Positions 38,585 through 46,206 of a stretch of 64,000 nucleotides of DNA are shown here, in pieces. The notes beneath the pieces are model-generated. The model had not been told where the DNA came from, ran no database searches, and was given only the letters and a program-made list of their open reading frames with translations. The stretch lies in IMG/VR virus record IMGVR_UViG_3300038530_003085, positions 1-64,000 of that record; one strand, written 5' to 3'. A program made the translations under genes and the position numbers. The DNA comes from a virus (lineage: Duplodnaviria; Caudoviricetes). Numbering within the stretch: the stretch's first letter is position 1; the number at the start of each line of letters is the position of its first letter.

Positions 38585-38916
38585 TTCTTTCTCCTTGGTA
38601 AGTATGGTCTGATACCATAAGCAAAAATATAGTAACCGGCGTCAAATAAACTTCTCACAACAGGGAGACGAGAGATACAAACTGCCCTGTTAAAGCCCAT
38701 TTTTTCATACATCAGCCTGAACGTTTCAGGCCCTTTGGTTGCCTTTTGGTCAAACCAGCCAATCATTTCTTTTTCAAAGTCAGCGACGTTGCCATCAAAG
38801 TCTTCGGCACTAATGTCAACAAATTCGATACCACATGCTTCAGCCCTTTCACGGATCGTGTTAATCTCTAGCGAGCAAACATAACAACTTTCATCATAGT
38901 ATACTTTGTCAGACAT
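38581..38916 (-). CDS. DCC1/DUF393-like thiol-disulfide oxidoreductase
   Basis: YYDESCYVC..E; IEFVDIS; Y..FA..RP.LP. Confidence 0.75.
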   Translation of the reverse strand: MSDKVYYDESCYVCSLEINTIRERAEACGIEFVDISAEDFDGNVADFEKEMIGWFDQKATKGPETFRLMYEKMGFNRAVCISRLPVVRSLFDAGYYIFAYGIRPYLPRRKK

Positions 38917-39019
38917 TAGTTATCCATATTGTCAAGAATGTAAAGCGAAAAAGTGAATCCAAGCACAATAAACGCCACTACACAATTAATAAAAACTTGA
39001 TACATTTCCATAGTTCCCC

Positions 39020-39208
39020 CTATCTTTCACTTATAACTGTTAGTAAATCCACGTTGTTCCAGTCCCTTGGGCTTTCATCTGACCACTGGTCAAACCAATG
39101 AACTTGAGCCTCGTTGAGTTTTGATTTTTTTCTGAATTTAATTATCACACCGTGACCAATCCATCCAGTCGGATCATATGTAACTCTCACCAAATCACCG
39201 ATCTTCAT
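39020..39208 (-). CDS. MKVGDLV-family small protein
   Basis: MKIGDLVRV..GVII..VHW..LTVISE. Confidence 0.7.
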   Translation of the reverse strand: MKIGDLVRVTYDPTGWIGHGVIIKFRKKSKLNEAQVHWFDQWSDESPRDWNNVDLLTVISER

Positions 39209-39371
39209 CGATCACTTCCAATCTTTTAGCTTGATCATTAGTATAATGCCATTGTCCATTAACACCAAACCATTTAACAACAACGTAGTCAGGTGTAATT
39301 TTCTCTACCACACCATTAGCAACTTCATATTTCCACATAGGCTGCATTCTTACTTTGTCGCCAACTTTCAT
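39195..39371 (-). CDS. MKVGDLV-family small protein (58 aa)
   Basis: Hand translation MKVGDKVRMQPMWKYEVANGVVE..VKW..LEVIDEDR. Confidence 0.7.
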   Translation of the reverse strand: MKVGDKVRMQPMWKYEVANGVVEKITPDYVVVKWFGVNGQWHYTNDQAKRLEVIDEDR

Positions 39372-39670
39372 TTTACAAACTTCAAATCCTTTCTAAAAAA
39401 GTAAGAAGTTTGGTATGGTCTTGCTGCTCTCATATTGCCATTATTCCATCTTCCTGCCGGTCCATCCGGCATCCAACGAACAAAATAATACTTTTTTTCG
39501 TTATCCGAAGTGTGATTGGTAATATGTGGATTGTCTTCAACATTAATAATCATACCAATAATATTCTTTTTCTCCATCCAAATCTTGTTACGCCACTTCC
39601 ACATTGGAGCAGTCTGCAGAACATACGAGGATAAAGTAACCAAATCACCGACTTTCACATCACGCTCCAA
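39368..39670 (-). CDS. MKVGDLV-family protein
   Basis: VKVGDLVTL..IGMII..FVRW..DLKFV. Confidence 0.7.
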   Translation of the reverse strand: MERDVKVGDLVTLSSYVLQTAPMWKWRNKIWMEKKNIIGMIINVEDNPHITNHTSDNEKKYYFVRWMPDGPAGRWNNGNMRAARPYQTSYFFRKDLKFVK

Positions 39671-39766
39671 ATACTGTAGCCAATCACTGCTAACGCAACA
39701 GTAATACCAAGCCAGCTATACACCAGCAAGAGACGCTCTGCCCTTTCAATATCATCTTTAAATGTT

Positions 39767-39982
39767 CTATTTTCCTTCACTTAGCACCTTCAACATTTTT
39801 TTAAGCTCAAAAGTTATTTCACCATCAAACCATTGAACCTTGGCAACTGACCTGCCATGATCAATCCTCGTTTCTTTGGGTCCAATAACCGTGATGATTC
39901 CTCGATGACTAGAGTCATGACGACTGCAAACCAAATCCCCTACATTCACGGGCGCACCATAGACTGCTTGAGAGCCTCGCAA
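39767..39982 (-). CDS. MKVGDLV-family small protein
   Basis: VNVGDLV..RGIIT..KVQWFDG..LKVLSE. Confidence 0.6.
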   Translation of the reverse strand: MRGSQAVYGAPVNVGDLVCSRHDSSHRGIITVIGPKETRIDHGRSVAKVQWFDGEITFELKKMLKVLSEGK

Positions 39983-40212
39983 GTTTCATCACTGATGCAG
40001 TTGGTTACAGCCCTAAAGATGGCGTCTTGGTTTTCAATCATAATCTCCAGATCGCCGGTCATTTTTTCCGTAAGATAAATCATATTATCAAGGCTTTCGG
40101 CAGATCTATCCAGTGATTCAGATACACTATCCCGCGCTAGCGGGATCGCGGTTTCTACGTTTTGTGGGTCATTGCAGCCAATGATGATGGGTAATACGAT
40201 AATGTTTAGCAT
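39946..40212 (-). CDS. Small putative lipoprotein
   Basis: IIGC lipobox-like signal; AGGAG SD. Confidence 0.55.
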   Translation of the reverse strand: MLNIIVLPIIIGCNDPQNVETAIPLARDSVSESLDRSAESLDNMIYLTEKMTGDLEIMIENQDAIFRAVTNCISDETCEALKQSMVRP

Positions 40213-40236
40213 TTTGTCTCCTATTTGCTTGTATTG

Positions 40237-40515
40237 TTATTGAGCGCCGTTGAACACACGATCAGCGAAGCGCTTTGCATTGCGAAGGTTTGGCAAGTCG
40301 TCTAGGTCTTTAACTTGTGTAGAGTCTTCGCTCTTCATATGTTGGATAGACTCGCGCATATACTTGCGAAGAAGCTTAATGAACTCAATCTTGCCAAACT
40401 CCTCCTTGTGATACGTAACATTGCGTGAGTACTTTGTGTGCATAATACGCACCATCTTCAATGCGTCGTTGATGCCTTCGGGGTCATCGGAATCAATTAC
40501 AATTGTCATTTTCAT
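40237..40515 (-). CDS. Hypothetical protein (start reassigned to MKMTI)
   Basis: Perfect TTGACA-N17-TATAAT at 40522-40550 immediately upstream. Confidence 0.6.
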   Translation of the reverse strand: MKMTIVIDSDDPEGINDALKMVRIMHTKYSRNVTYHKEEFGKIEFIKLLRKYMRESIQHMKSEDSTQVKDLDDLPNLRNAKRFADRVFNGAQ

Positions 40516-40604
40516 AGAACTATTATAAGCCCTTGCTTGCGCCTTGTCAAGCGTTGTGTTTGTAAAAAGGAAAAATTTACCGAAAAAAATCGCGCGATCG
40601 GCGC

Positions 40605-40913
40605 TCAATCACTCTCTAACATCACCACTCCGGGGGGCGCGCTGCCTGAAACGACGCCCCCGTGCTTCGCTATGACTGTGGTGACAAGCCAAACTGGGAC
40701 ATACGGATAAACTGTGCCCGTTGGGTCTGTGTCATCCTCGCAATACTTCTCAATCAATGGCTCGACTCTGTTTGGGAACCCAATCTCGACTGATTCATAT
40801 ACCTCGGCCGTGTCCGACTGCGGGTAGCTGTAGGAATACGCACTCGCTTGAACGGACATACTAAAGCCGCTCTTGCAAACTATTCTTTGGTAGAATGGCC
40901 TTTCCCTACTCAC
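40605..40913 (-). CDS. Conserved phage hypothetical protein
   Basis: C.SGFSMSVQAS..Y.SVEIGFP..TVYPYVP pattern. Confidence 0.65.
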   Translation of the reverse strand: MSRERPFYQRIVCKSGFSMSVQASAYSYSYPQSDTAEVYESVEIGFPNRVEPLIEKYCEDDTDPTGTVYPYVPVWLVTTVIAKHGGVVSGSAPPGVVMLESD

Positions 40914-40916
40914 AAA

Positions 40917-41150
40917 TCAATCCTCAACTAGTTCTAGAAACATCTCGTGAAACTTTAAAACTTTACCGCCGGCAAAAGCAACATTATAAAATGCAGTGTA
41001 TGAACGACTCTCATCGATTTCTTCAGGAACCGTCTCCATCACAAGGCCCAGCCTGTGGCTTGGGATTGCGACATCATGAGTTGAGTCCTTGACACGCACA
41101 AGGTTACCGGGCTTAAACTTTGACAAATCTAATATCTCGTTTCTCCTCAT
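40917..41150 (-). CDS. Small SH3/KOW-like protein
   Basis: FKPGNLVRV..LGLVM..LELV. Confidence 0.6.
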   Translation of the reverse strand: MRRNEILDLSKFKPGNLVRVKDSTHDVAIPSHRLGLVMETVPEEIDESRSYTAFYNVAFAGGKVLKFHEMFLELVED

Positions 41151-41159
41151 AAGTAGTCC

Positions 41160-41348
41160 CTAAACTCTAACAACCGAATGTGAAACATCATTAACGATGC
41201 TAGAGTAATGTATAACATTTTTTGCTCCATCATTCCAATGAATCGTAATGTAGCCTTTAGACTCCTCGATAACAACTCCCATCCTCTTGTCAAAGGATCT
41301 ATAAATAATCAAGTCTCCTACTTTAATAGTTTCCATCAATAATCTCAA
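41160..41348 (-). CDS. MKVGDLV-family small protein
   Basis: IKVGDLII..MGVVIE..IHWNDG. Confidence 0.6.
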   Translation of the reverse strand: MRLLMETIKVGDLIIYRSFDKRMGVVIEESKGYITIHWNDGAKNVIHYSSIVNDVSHSVVRV

Positions 41349-41514
41349 GTACGCCCGTATCGTACCACTCCGTTTCCCCGTTTATAAAATGAACTTTAGC
41401 AGAAAAAGTAATGTGACCTGTTTTAGAAATCTCAAGAATAACACCAAGATTGACCTCCTCATCTGCATAAGGATGAGGTACAAACTTGTACCTTACGAGA
41501 TCACCCACCTTCAC
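41323..41514 (-). CDS. MKVGDLV-family small protein (GTG start)
   Basis: VKVGDLVRY..LGVILE..KVHF..LEII; GGAGG SD. Confidence 0.65.
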   Translation of the reverse strand: MKVGDLVRYKFVPHPYADEEVNLGVILEISKTGHITFSAKVHFINGETEWYDTGVLEIIDGNY

Positions 41515-41683
41515 TGATAACCTCCAACCAAGCTTTTGGCTCCCAATCAATCTTGCCGGAACCTCCTATCCATCGAACACCAACTAGTGCGGTTCGACCG
41601 TAGCCTCTCTTGTTAACACTCACAACCACACCGACAAAGCCAGTTTGGTGCGTGTGCATTCTTACAAGACTTCCAATCTTCAT
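41501..41683 (-). CDS. MKVGDLV-family small protein
   Basis: MKIGSLVR..VGVVV..VRW..LEVISEGG. Confidence 0.65.
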   Translation of the reverse strand: MKIGSLVRMHTHQTGFVGVVVSVNKRGYGRTALVGVRWIGGSGKIDWEPKAWLEVISEGG

Positions 41684-41719
41684 ACAAATAACTTAACATT
41701 GATCAGAACAAAAAGCAAG

Positions 41720-41917
41720 TCAAGAGCCTGTGATAATTATAACATCATCGACTCTTTCATTAATTAAGCACTTATGTCCGTTGATCCAGACGATCCAAAT
41801 TTCCTCATCCCTCTCAAAACCTTTGCTAATGTAAGAATCAATAATAATACCCGGATTTGACCAATCATCATCCCCGAAAGACTTGGGCTTAAAAGAAATC
41901 AAATCACCTACTTTCAC
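41720..41917 (-). CDS. MKVGDLV-family small protein
   Basis: MKVGDLISF..PGIIID..IVW. Confidence 0.65.
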   Translation of the reverse strand: MKVGDLISFKPKSFGDDDWSNPGIIIDSYISKGFERDEEIWIVWINGHKCLINERVDDVIIITGS

Positions 41918-42119
41918 TTATGACCTCAATTAAATCTATTTCAGGCATAAGAATGTGCTCCTTCATATCATCAAAACAATACATTTTAAGCACCGAAGTT
42001 CTGTCATCGGAAGGAACTTCAACAATCACGCCGATGAACGGATCACCCCATCCCTCAATCGATTGATCGTATGGGTTCTTCATAGCATATTGCAGCTTAA
42101 TCAGATCCCCTACTTTTAT
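41904..42119 (-). CDS. MKVGDLV-family ORF with ATA at the expected start position (non-canonical start or pseudogene)
   Basis: Hand translation IKVGDLIKLQY..IGVIVE..IEVISESR. Confidence 0.5.
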   Translation of the reverse strand: MKVGDLIKLQYAMKNPYDQSIEGWGDPFIGVIVEVPSDDRTSVLKMYCFDDMKEHILMPEIDLIEVISESR

Positions 42120-42259
42120 TGATAATATCGTAATCGAAACTCTCCATAATTCTGTCTTGTTTGATAAGTTTACGAGACAGATTGATAATTTGTGACCTAT
42201 GAAACTTGATCATACGATGGTGAGATTCAATACATTCCTTAATCATATTTTCCTGTTGT

Positions 42260-42499
42260 TCAGTCATTTAATTCTTTTTGATCCTCCAAATTACACACAA
42301 TAACGGTATCTGAGTCTTCATGAATCTTAATCACATAAAACTTTTGCCCTTCCGTAATTTCACAAGGAAATGCGTTAATTGGCATCACTGCTTGTGCTGG
42401 TCCGCCATTTAAGGCAGGATTTGCACTAAGCTCAACGGAGGCAAAATGTGAATCAAAAGAGTCAATAACACCCACAAGCACAAAAGTTTTTAAAATCAT
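42260..42499 (-). CDS. Hypothetical protein
   Basis: GGAGG SD. Confidence 0.6.
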   Translation of the reverse strand: MILKTFVLVGVIDSFDSHFASVELSANPALNGGPAQAVMPINAFPCEITEGQKFYVIKIHEDSDTVIVCNLEDQKELND

Positions 42500-42503
42500 A
42501 ATA

Positions 42504-42725
42504 TTAGTCCTCCATATCTTCGTATATTTTTAAGTAAGACGCCCACTCTTCAGTGATTATACCAGTGTGCCAACGTATTTTAAATCGTGGGGTATGTGAA
42601 TATGAGTGCTCAATGGCCTCCACAATAATCCCCGGTGGTCTGCGCTGACCTAAGCCTCTATATCTTTCCCACTTAAAAAGTGCTGACGGCTCAGGCACAT
42701 ATGTAACCAGATCACCGACTTTCAT
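42504..42725 (-). CDS. MKVGDLV-family small protein
   Basis: MKVGDLVTY..PGIIVE..KIRW. Confidence 0.7.
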   Translation of the reverse strand: MKVGDLVTYVPEPSALFKWERYRGLGQRRPPGIIVEAIEHSYSHTPRFKIRWHTGIITEEWASYLKIYEDMED

Positions 42726-42938
42726 TTTAGCACATCATTGATTCTATCTTTCAAGCGCTGATCTTGGGTTTCATTAGCGATTTCTGCAAGAAAATCTTCA
42801 AGTTGAGACAGGCGTTTTTGTTGCTCGTGCAATGGATTAACAACAGAAATACCTTTATCCTCTAACTTGGAGTGGTAATAAGAATCATGATATGACATTG
42901 CAAGCCTCGATTATAAATAGTTAGTAAATTACATAAAG

Positions 42939-43014
42939 TGGTACGGGTGGCAGGATTTGAACCTGCGACCAATCGCATATAAGACGACTGCTCTTACCGC
43001 TGAGCTACACCCGC
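42939..43014 (-). tRNA. tRNA-Ile(UAU)
   Basis: GTCGT-CTTATAT-GCGAT anticodon arm; A73; encoded CCA. Confidence 0.88.
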
Positions 43015-43021
43015 AAAGAAA

Positions 43022-43098
43022 TGGCACACCCTGTAGGGCTCGAACCTACGACCCTCGGCTTAGAAGGCCGATGCTCTATCCAACTGAGCTAAGGGTGC
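43022..43098 (-). tRNA. tRNA-Arg(UCU)
   Basis: TCGGC-CTTCTAA-GCCGA; A20 in D loop; encoded CCA. Confidence 0.95.
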
Positions 43099-43107
43099 TT
43101 AATACCT

Positions 43108-43566
43108 CTATAGCATAACTTTTGCTTGCTTCTTTGTCAAGTACTTTTCAGACAAAAGTGAATACTTTACGAAAGGTGAAATATTCTCGTATTGAAAAGA
43201 CATTTCATCCTCCATTTCAATGCGATCATCAAAACGAAACCCAACAACAAACACTTTACCAATCGATTCACTTTCGGGGTCAGTGACAGCCCAAAAAGTG
43301 TGCTTCATCCCACGCTCCCTGTGCATACAGGTAACTTTAGTATTCTTTGGAAGATGATCGAGATGCCACAAGTGTGACATTTTGCCATCACGATCTCGCC
43401 AGTAATGTGGAATCGTGTAAGCTTTGTCCATTGTTTCAAACTTTGCAAGGTTAACAAAAGGAAGATGTGAGTCATCCCTAAGAAATGCAACGGTGCCTTT
43501 GCGTACTTTAGCTTGCTTCATTGCCAGACTCCTCCGGTGAAATACAATCCTCAAAGTAAACAACAA
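43108..43566 (-). CDS. Hypothetical protein (start probably MKQAK)
   Basis: GGAG SD before the internal ATG. Confidence 0.6.
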   Translation of the reverse strand: MLFTLRIVFHRRSLAMKQAKVRKGTVAFLRDDSHLPFVNLAKFETMDKAYTIPHYWRDRDGKMSHLWHLDHLPKNTKVTCMHRERGMKHTFWAVTDPESESIGKVFVVGFRFDDRIEMEDEMSFQYENISPFVKYSLLSEKYLTKKQAKVML

Positions 43567-43714
43567 TATTGCCCGGGCAGATTGCTAGTGGCTCTTGCCC
43601 CTCCTCGGCGTGATTATTAATATAATCATACCAAGCATCATTCTTATCGTGTGAGGAAACAAAAGTATAACTTCCATTCCCACTCTGACTGCTATAAATA
43701 ATTGTGTAGATCAT
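43508..43714 (-). CDS. Hypothetical protein
   Basis: GGAGG SD. Confidence 0.55.
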   Translation of the reverse strand: MIYTIIYSSQSGNGSYTFVSSHDKNDAWYDYINNHAEEGQEPLAICPGNIVVYFEDCISPEESGNEAS

Positions 43715-43987
43715 TTAATCCTCCGTAATAAGTCTACCTGCTGAATCTCTACCCTCAAGTTCCCACTGTAATTTTTTTAGCTCTGCAAGCCTTAAACAAG
43801 AATTCCATACTTTGGTTGCATAAACGAGGCAGTCACTATTCTGACTGTAGAATGCATCTAGTTTATCATTCTTGACTTTACTTTGCAACTCTTTGGTAGC
43901 ATCTTCTAAAGATTTGAGATTCATTTCTAAAGTCTTTAAACAAAGATTTTGTGCTTGCCACAGTTTATTTGTTTTGAATATATCCAC
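43715..43987 (-). CDS. Hypothetical protein
   Basis: ORF in operon. Confidence 0.55.
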   Translation of the reverse strand: MDIFKTNKLWQAQNLCLKTLEMNLKSLEDATKELQSKVKNDKLDAFYSQNSDCLVYATKVWNSCLRLAELKKLQWELEGRDSAGRLITED

Positions 43988-44117
43988 TTGTTTCTTCGCT
44001 TACTTTTTTAGTTGAGCCCAACTTAAAGATAAACCACCGTAAGCCGACAACAAAAAAAGTTGCCGTGCTTACAAATGATGCCATCCCCAAGAACTCATAA
44101 AGGTTGCCTGTCATATT

Positions 44118-44303
44118 CTACTCCCGATAGTAATTTGCCAAGCCCATAAGTGTTGGGGCCCAAAGACCGACAAAGATTCCAAACCTTTCAGCGTGTGCCG
44201 GATCTGCACTTGATGCAACCCAGACATAAATGCTGCAGGCGACGGAAATCAGAGAGGCTGCAAAGAATGCCACAGCCACATTATTGTCTCTTGTAGTTAA
44301 CAT
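44118..44303 (-). CDS. Small two-TM membrane protein
   Basis: ERFGIFVGLWAPTL motif; GGGAG SD. Confidence 0.65.
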   Translation of the reverse strand: MLTTRDNNVAVAFFAASLISVACSIYVWVASSADPAHAERFGIFVGLWAPTLMGLANYYRE

Positions 44304-44328
44304 ATTTTCTCCCTTTTGTTATGTTAAA

Positions 44329-44405
44329 TGGTGGGCCCTGTCGGACTCGAACCGACGACTCTCCCGTTATGAGCGGGATGCTCTAACCAACTGAACTAAA
44401 GGCCC
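44329..44405 (-). tRNA. tRNA with CAU anticodon, most likely Ile2 (lysidine type)
   Basis: TCCCG-CTCATAA-CGGGA; GGGCCTT acceptor with C4-G69/C5-G68; paired 1-72, so not an initiator. Confidence 0.85.
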
Positions 44406-44410
44406 AAAAG

Positions 44411-44558
44411 TGCCCTTGCCTATCCTCCATCCGTCGAACAATCATGATAGCTGCAGCTATTAATCTCTTCAACCAGACTTCTGAACTTCTCGCAAGGGTG
44501 TGGTGATCAATGTGCATCCAGCTTGCTTAACGGACTTGAACCGATTTGTGATTCCACA
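44411..44558 (-). ncRNA. Candidate ncRNA with permuted T-arm/D-arm module and a second stem-closed domain
   Basis: TGTGG..CGG-TTCAAGT-CCG..GCA-AGCTGGA-TGC..CCACA; CCCTTGC/GCAAGGG. Confidence 0.45.
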
Positions 44559-44571
44559 GTAAAATAAAAGA

Positions 44572-44657
44572 TGGTAGCTGATGCGAGACTCGAACTCGCA
44601 AGCCCAAAGGGCGACAGATTTTAAGTCTGTTGTGTATACCAATTCCACCAATCAGCC
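44572..44657 (-). tRNA. tRNA-Leu(UAA)
   Basis: ACAGA-CTTAAAA-TCTGT; long variable arm GCCC-TTT-GGGC; encoded CCA. Confidence 0.95.
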
Positions 44658-44665
44658 ATAAATAA

Positions 44666-44694
44666 ATTATAATAGGTTAGCGACACGCTGTCAA
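44666..44694 (-). promoter_or_regulatory. Consensus sigma70 promoter for the tRNA cluster
   Basis: TTGACA-N17-TATAAT. Confidence 0.8.
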
Positions 44695-44701
44695 GTAGTT
44701 T

Positions 44702-44938
44702 TTATAATTTTATTAGTTCGGATTCAATAAAATATCGTTTTGTTCCGTCAAGACATAAAACAGTGTAGACATAATCTTGAAAGTATTCCATTTCATAGTC
44801 GATATCAATGATGACACCAGTGTGGGTTGTAGTAAAATAATCATCAGGATCATCGTGCCAATAATAATATTCAATAATATCATAAAAGCCCTTAACGAGA
44901 TTGCCTATCTTATATTTTGGTGGTATATCAAATCCCAT
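44702..44938 (-). CDS. Small SH3/KOW-like protein
   Basis: YKIGNLVK..TGVIID..YTV..DG. Confidence 0.6.
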   Translation of the reverse strand: MGFDIPPKYKIGNLVKGFYDIIEYYYWHDDPDDYFTTTHTGVIIDIDYEMEYFQDYVYTVLCLDGTKRYFIESELIKL

Positions 44939-44959
44939 ACATTATTTAGTATGAGCCAC

Positions 44960-45586
44960 CTACTTTCTTTTTAACTTAATAAACCGCTCTTCAATAATCA
45001 CCGGGATTGTGCTACCGATCGGTAGAATCTTATACATTTTTGCACCCTTGGCAGCAGAACGAATAACATCTAGCACTCGAATGATAAGGCCACCTTTGGC
45101 GCGAAAAGCCTTAACAGCTTGATCTTGGCTACTCCAAGTTGTGGGTGCCGAAATGCCAATATTCTTTGCATAACAGTTCGCGCGAGCAGCCACAAGAGTG
45201 CCGGCAGGATATTTAGGTTCAGCGTGGTGTGTATCTAAAACTCTCTGAGCATACTTATTACTACGCATTTTCGTATATGCCCGCATATCAGGCACCAAGC
45301 CTTTGAGAATATCGCGAGTTAACTCAGAAAAGTAGCCGGTGGTGTTATAATACTGCGCAAGCACAAGTGCATCCGACTTATGCTCTTTAATGTATACGCT
45401 CTCCCACTCATCGTGAAGGGATTGAGCCTCCTCGCCGTTACGAAGGATAACTTTGGTAGCAGTCGTAACTTGTTTCTCTGAGAGTGTACGACCCTTCTCA
45501 AGCTGACCTAAAATCGATTCAAGAAATCCACGGTCCCACCCTGTACATACTGGACGACTAAGAGCCATTTCAATTTCTTCTTTCAT
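44960..45586 (-). CDS. Hypothetical protein with C-terminal SH3-like module
   Basis: GGAGG SD; WDRGFLESI..LSEKQ; KYPAGTLV. Confidence 0.7.
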   Translation of the reverse strand: MKEEIEMALSRPVCTGWDRGFLESILGQLEKGRTLSEKQVTTATKVILRNGEEAQSLHDEWESVYIKEHKSDALVLAQYYNTTGYFSELTRDILKGLVPDMRAYTKMRSNKYAQRVLDTHHAEPKYPAGTLVAARANCYAKNIGISAPTTWSSQDQAVKAFRAKGGLIIRVLDVIRSAAKGAKMYKILPIGSTIPVIIEERFIKLKRK

Positions 45587-45604
45587 GTTCCCTCCAACAC
45601 TTAT

Positions 45605-45657
45605 AATATATAGGATACATACTAGAAGGTCAAGAATTATTTGTCAGCTAAATGTCA
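45605..45657 (-). promoter_or_regulatory. Cassette promoter 9 (-35 TTGACC, N8 to box)
   Basis: Contains the stop of ORF 45655-45996. Confidence 0.75.
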
Positions 45658-45996
45658 GTAATCATCAACTTCAGGGGACAGTACGATTGCGTCGATGTAT
45701 CCGTGTGGAACTTTAACAACTTGACATCGCCAACCACCCCATTTAGGGATTACATCAAATAGTGGAAAGTCGGGACACTGTGTGATTATGGTCTCACTCG
45801 GAACATCAACCTCAACAATTACCTCAAGAACAGAACCCCCATCATCAGAACCAGCGACAACTTCGTACCTACCACCGTAGTAATTGGATATTTCAAGTGT
45901 CAGGGAGTTGATAGCATTTTGTTTTGATAATTTTTCGCCATCATTAAAAAATATATTAGCCATCTTTTCTCTCACTGATAACTTCAACGAAATCAT
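45655..45996 (-). CDS. Hypothetical protein (start probably MANIF)
   Basis: ORF in operon. Confidence 0.6.
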   Translation of the reverse strand: MISLKLSVREKMANIFFNDGEKLSKQNAINSLTLEISNYYGGRYEVVAGSDDGGSVLEVIVEVDVPSETIITQCPDFPLFDVIPKWGGWRCQVVKVPHGYIDAIVLSPEVDDY

Positions 45997-46195
45997 AATT
46001 CGTATCTAAAATAACTAGCTTTGAATCCTTACAATCGAAACAGTGGGCAATAATAGCAGTGCTTTTTTTGCGTGATATATCCAAAACTATACCATATCTG
46101 TATATCGGCGAGATCCCCACAACATCAGTTGGTGAAGCTTTAAAAGTGTCGTGATGTGAAACCCACTTAATGAGGTCACCATTTTTTACCCGCAT
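45956..46195 (-). CDS. MKVGDLV-family small protein
   Basis: VKNGDLIKW..YGIVLD..VEVISE. Confidence 0.6.
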   Translation of the reverse strand: MRVKNGDLIKWVSHHDTFKASPTDVVGISPIYRYGIVLDISRKKSTAIIAHCFDCKDSKLVILDTNYDFVEVISERKDG

Positions 46196-46206
46196 ATAGT
46201 AACTAT

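Noticed and set aside
44469-44651. 60-aa ORF MVELVYTTDLKS..
   Set aside because: It is a translation of tRNA-Leu
30555-45657. Classical integron attC array
   Set aside because: No GTTRRRY/RYYYAAC palindromic sites and no integrase in the window; the repeat is a direct-repeat promoter element
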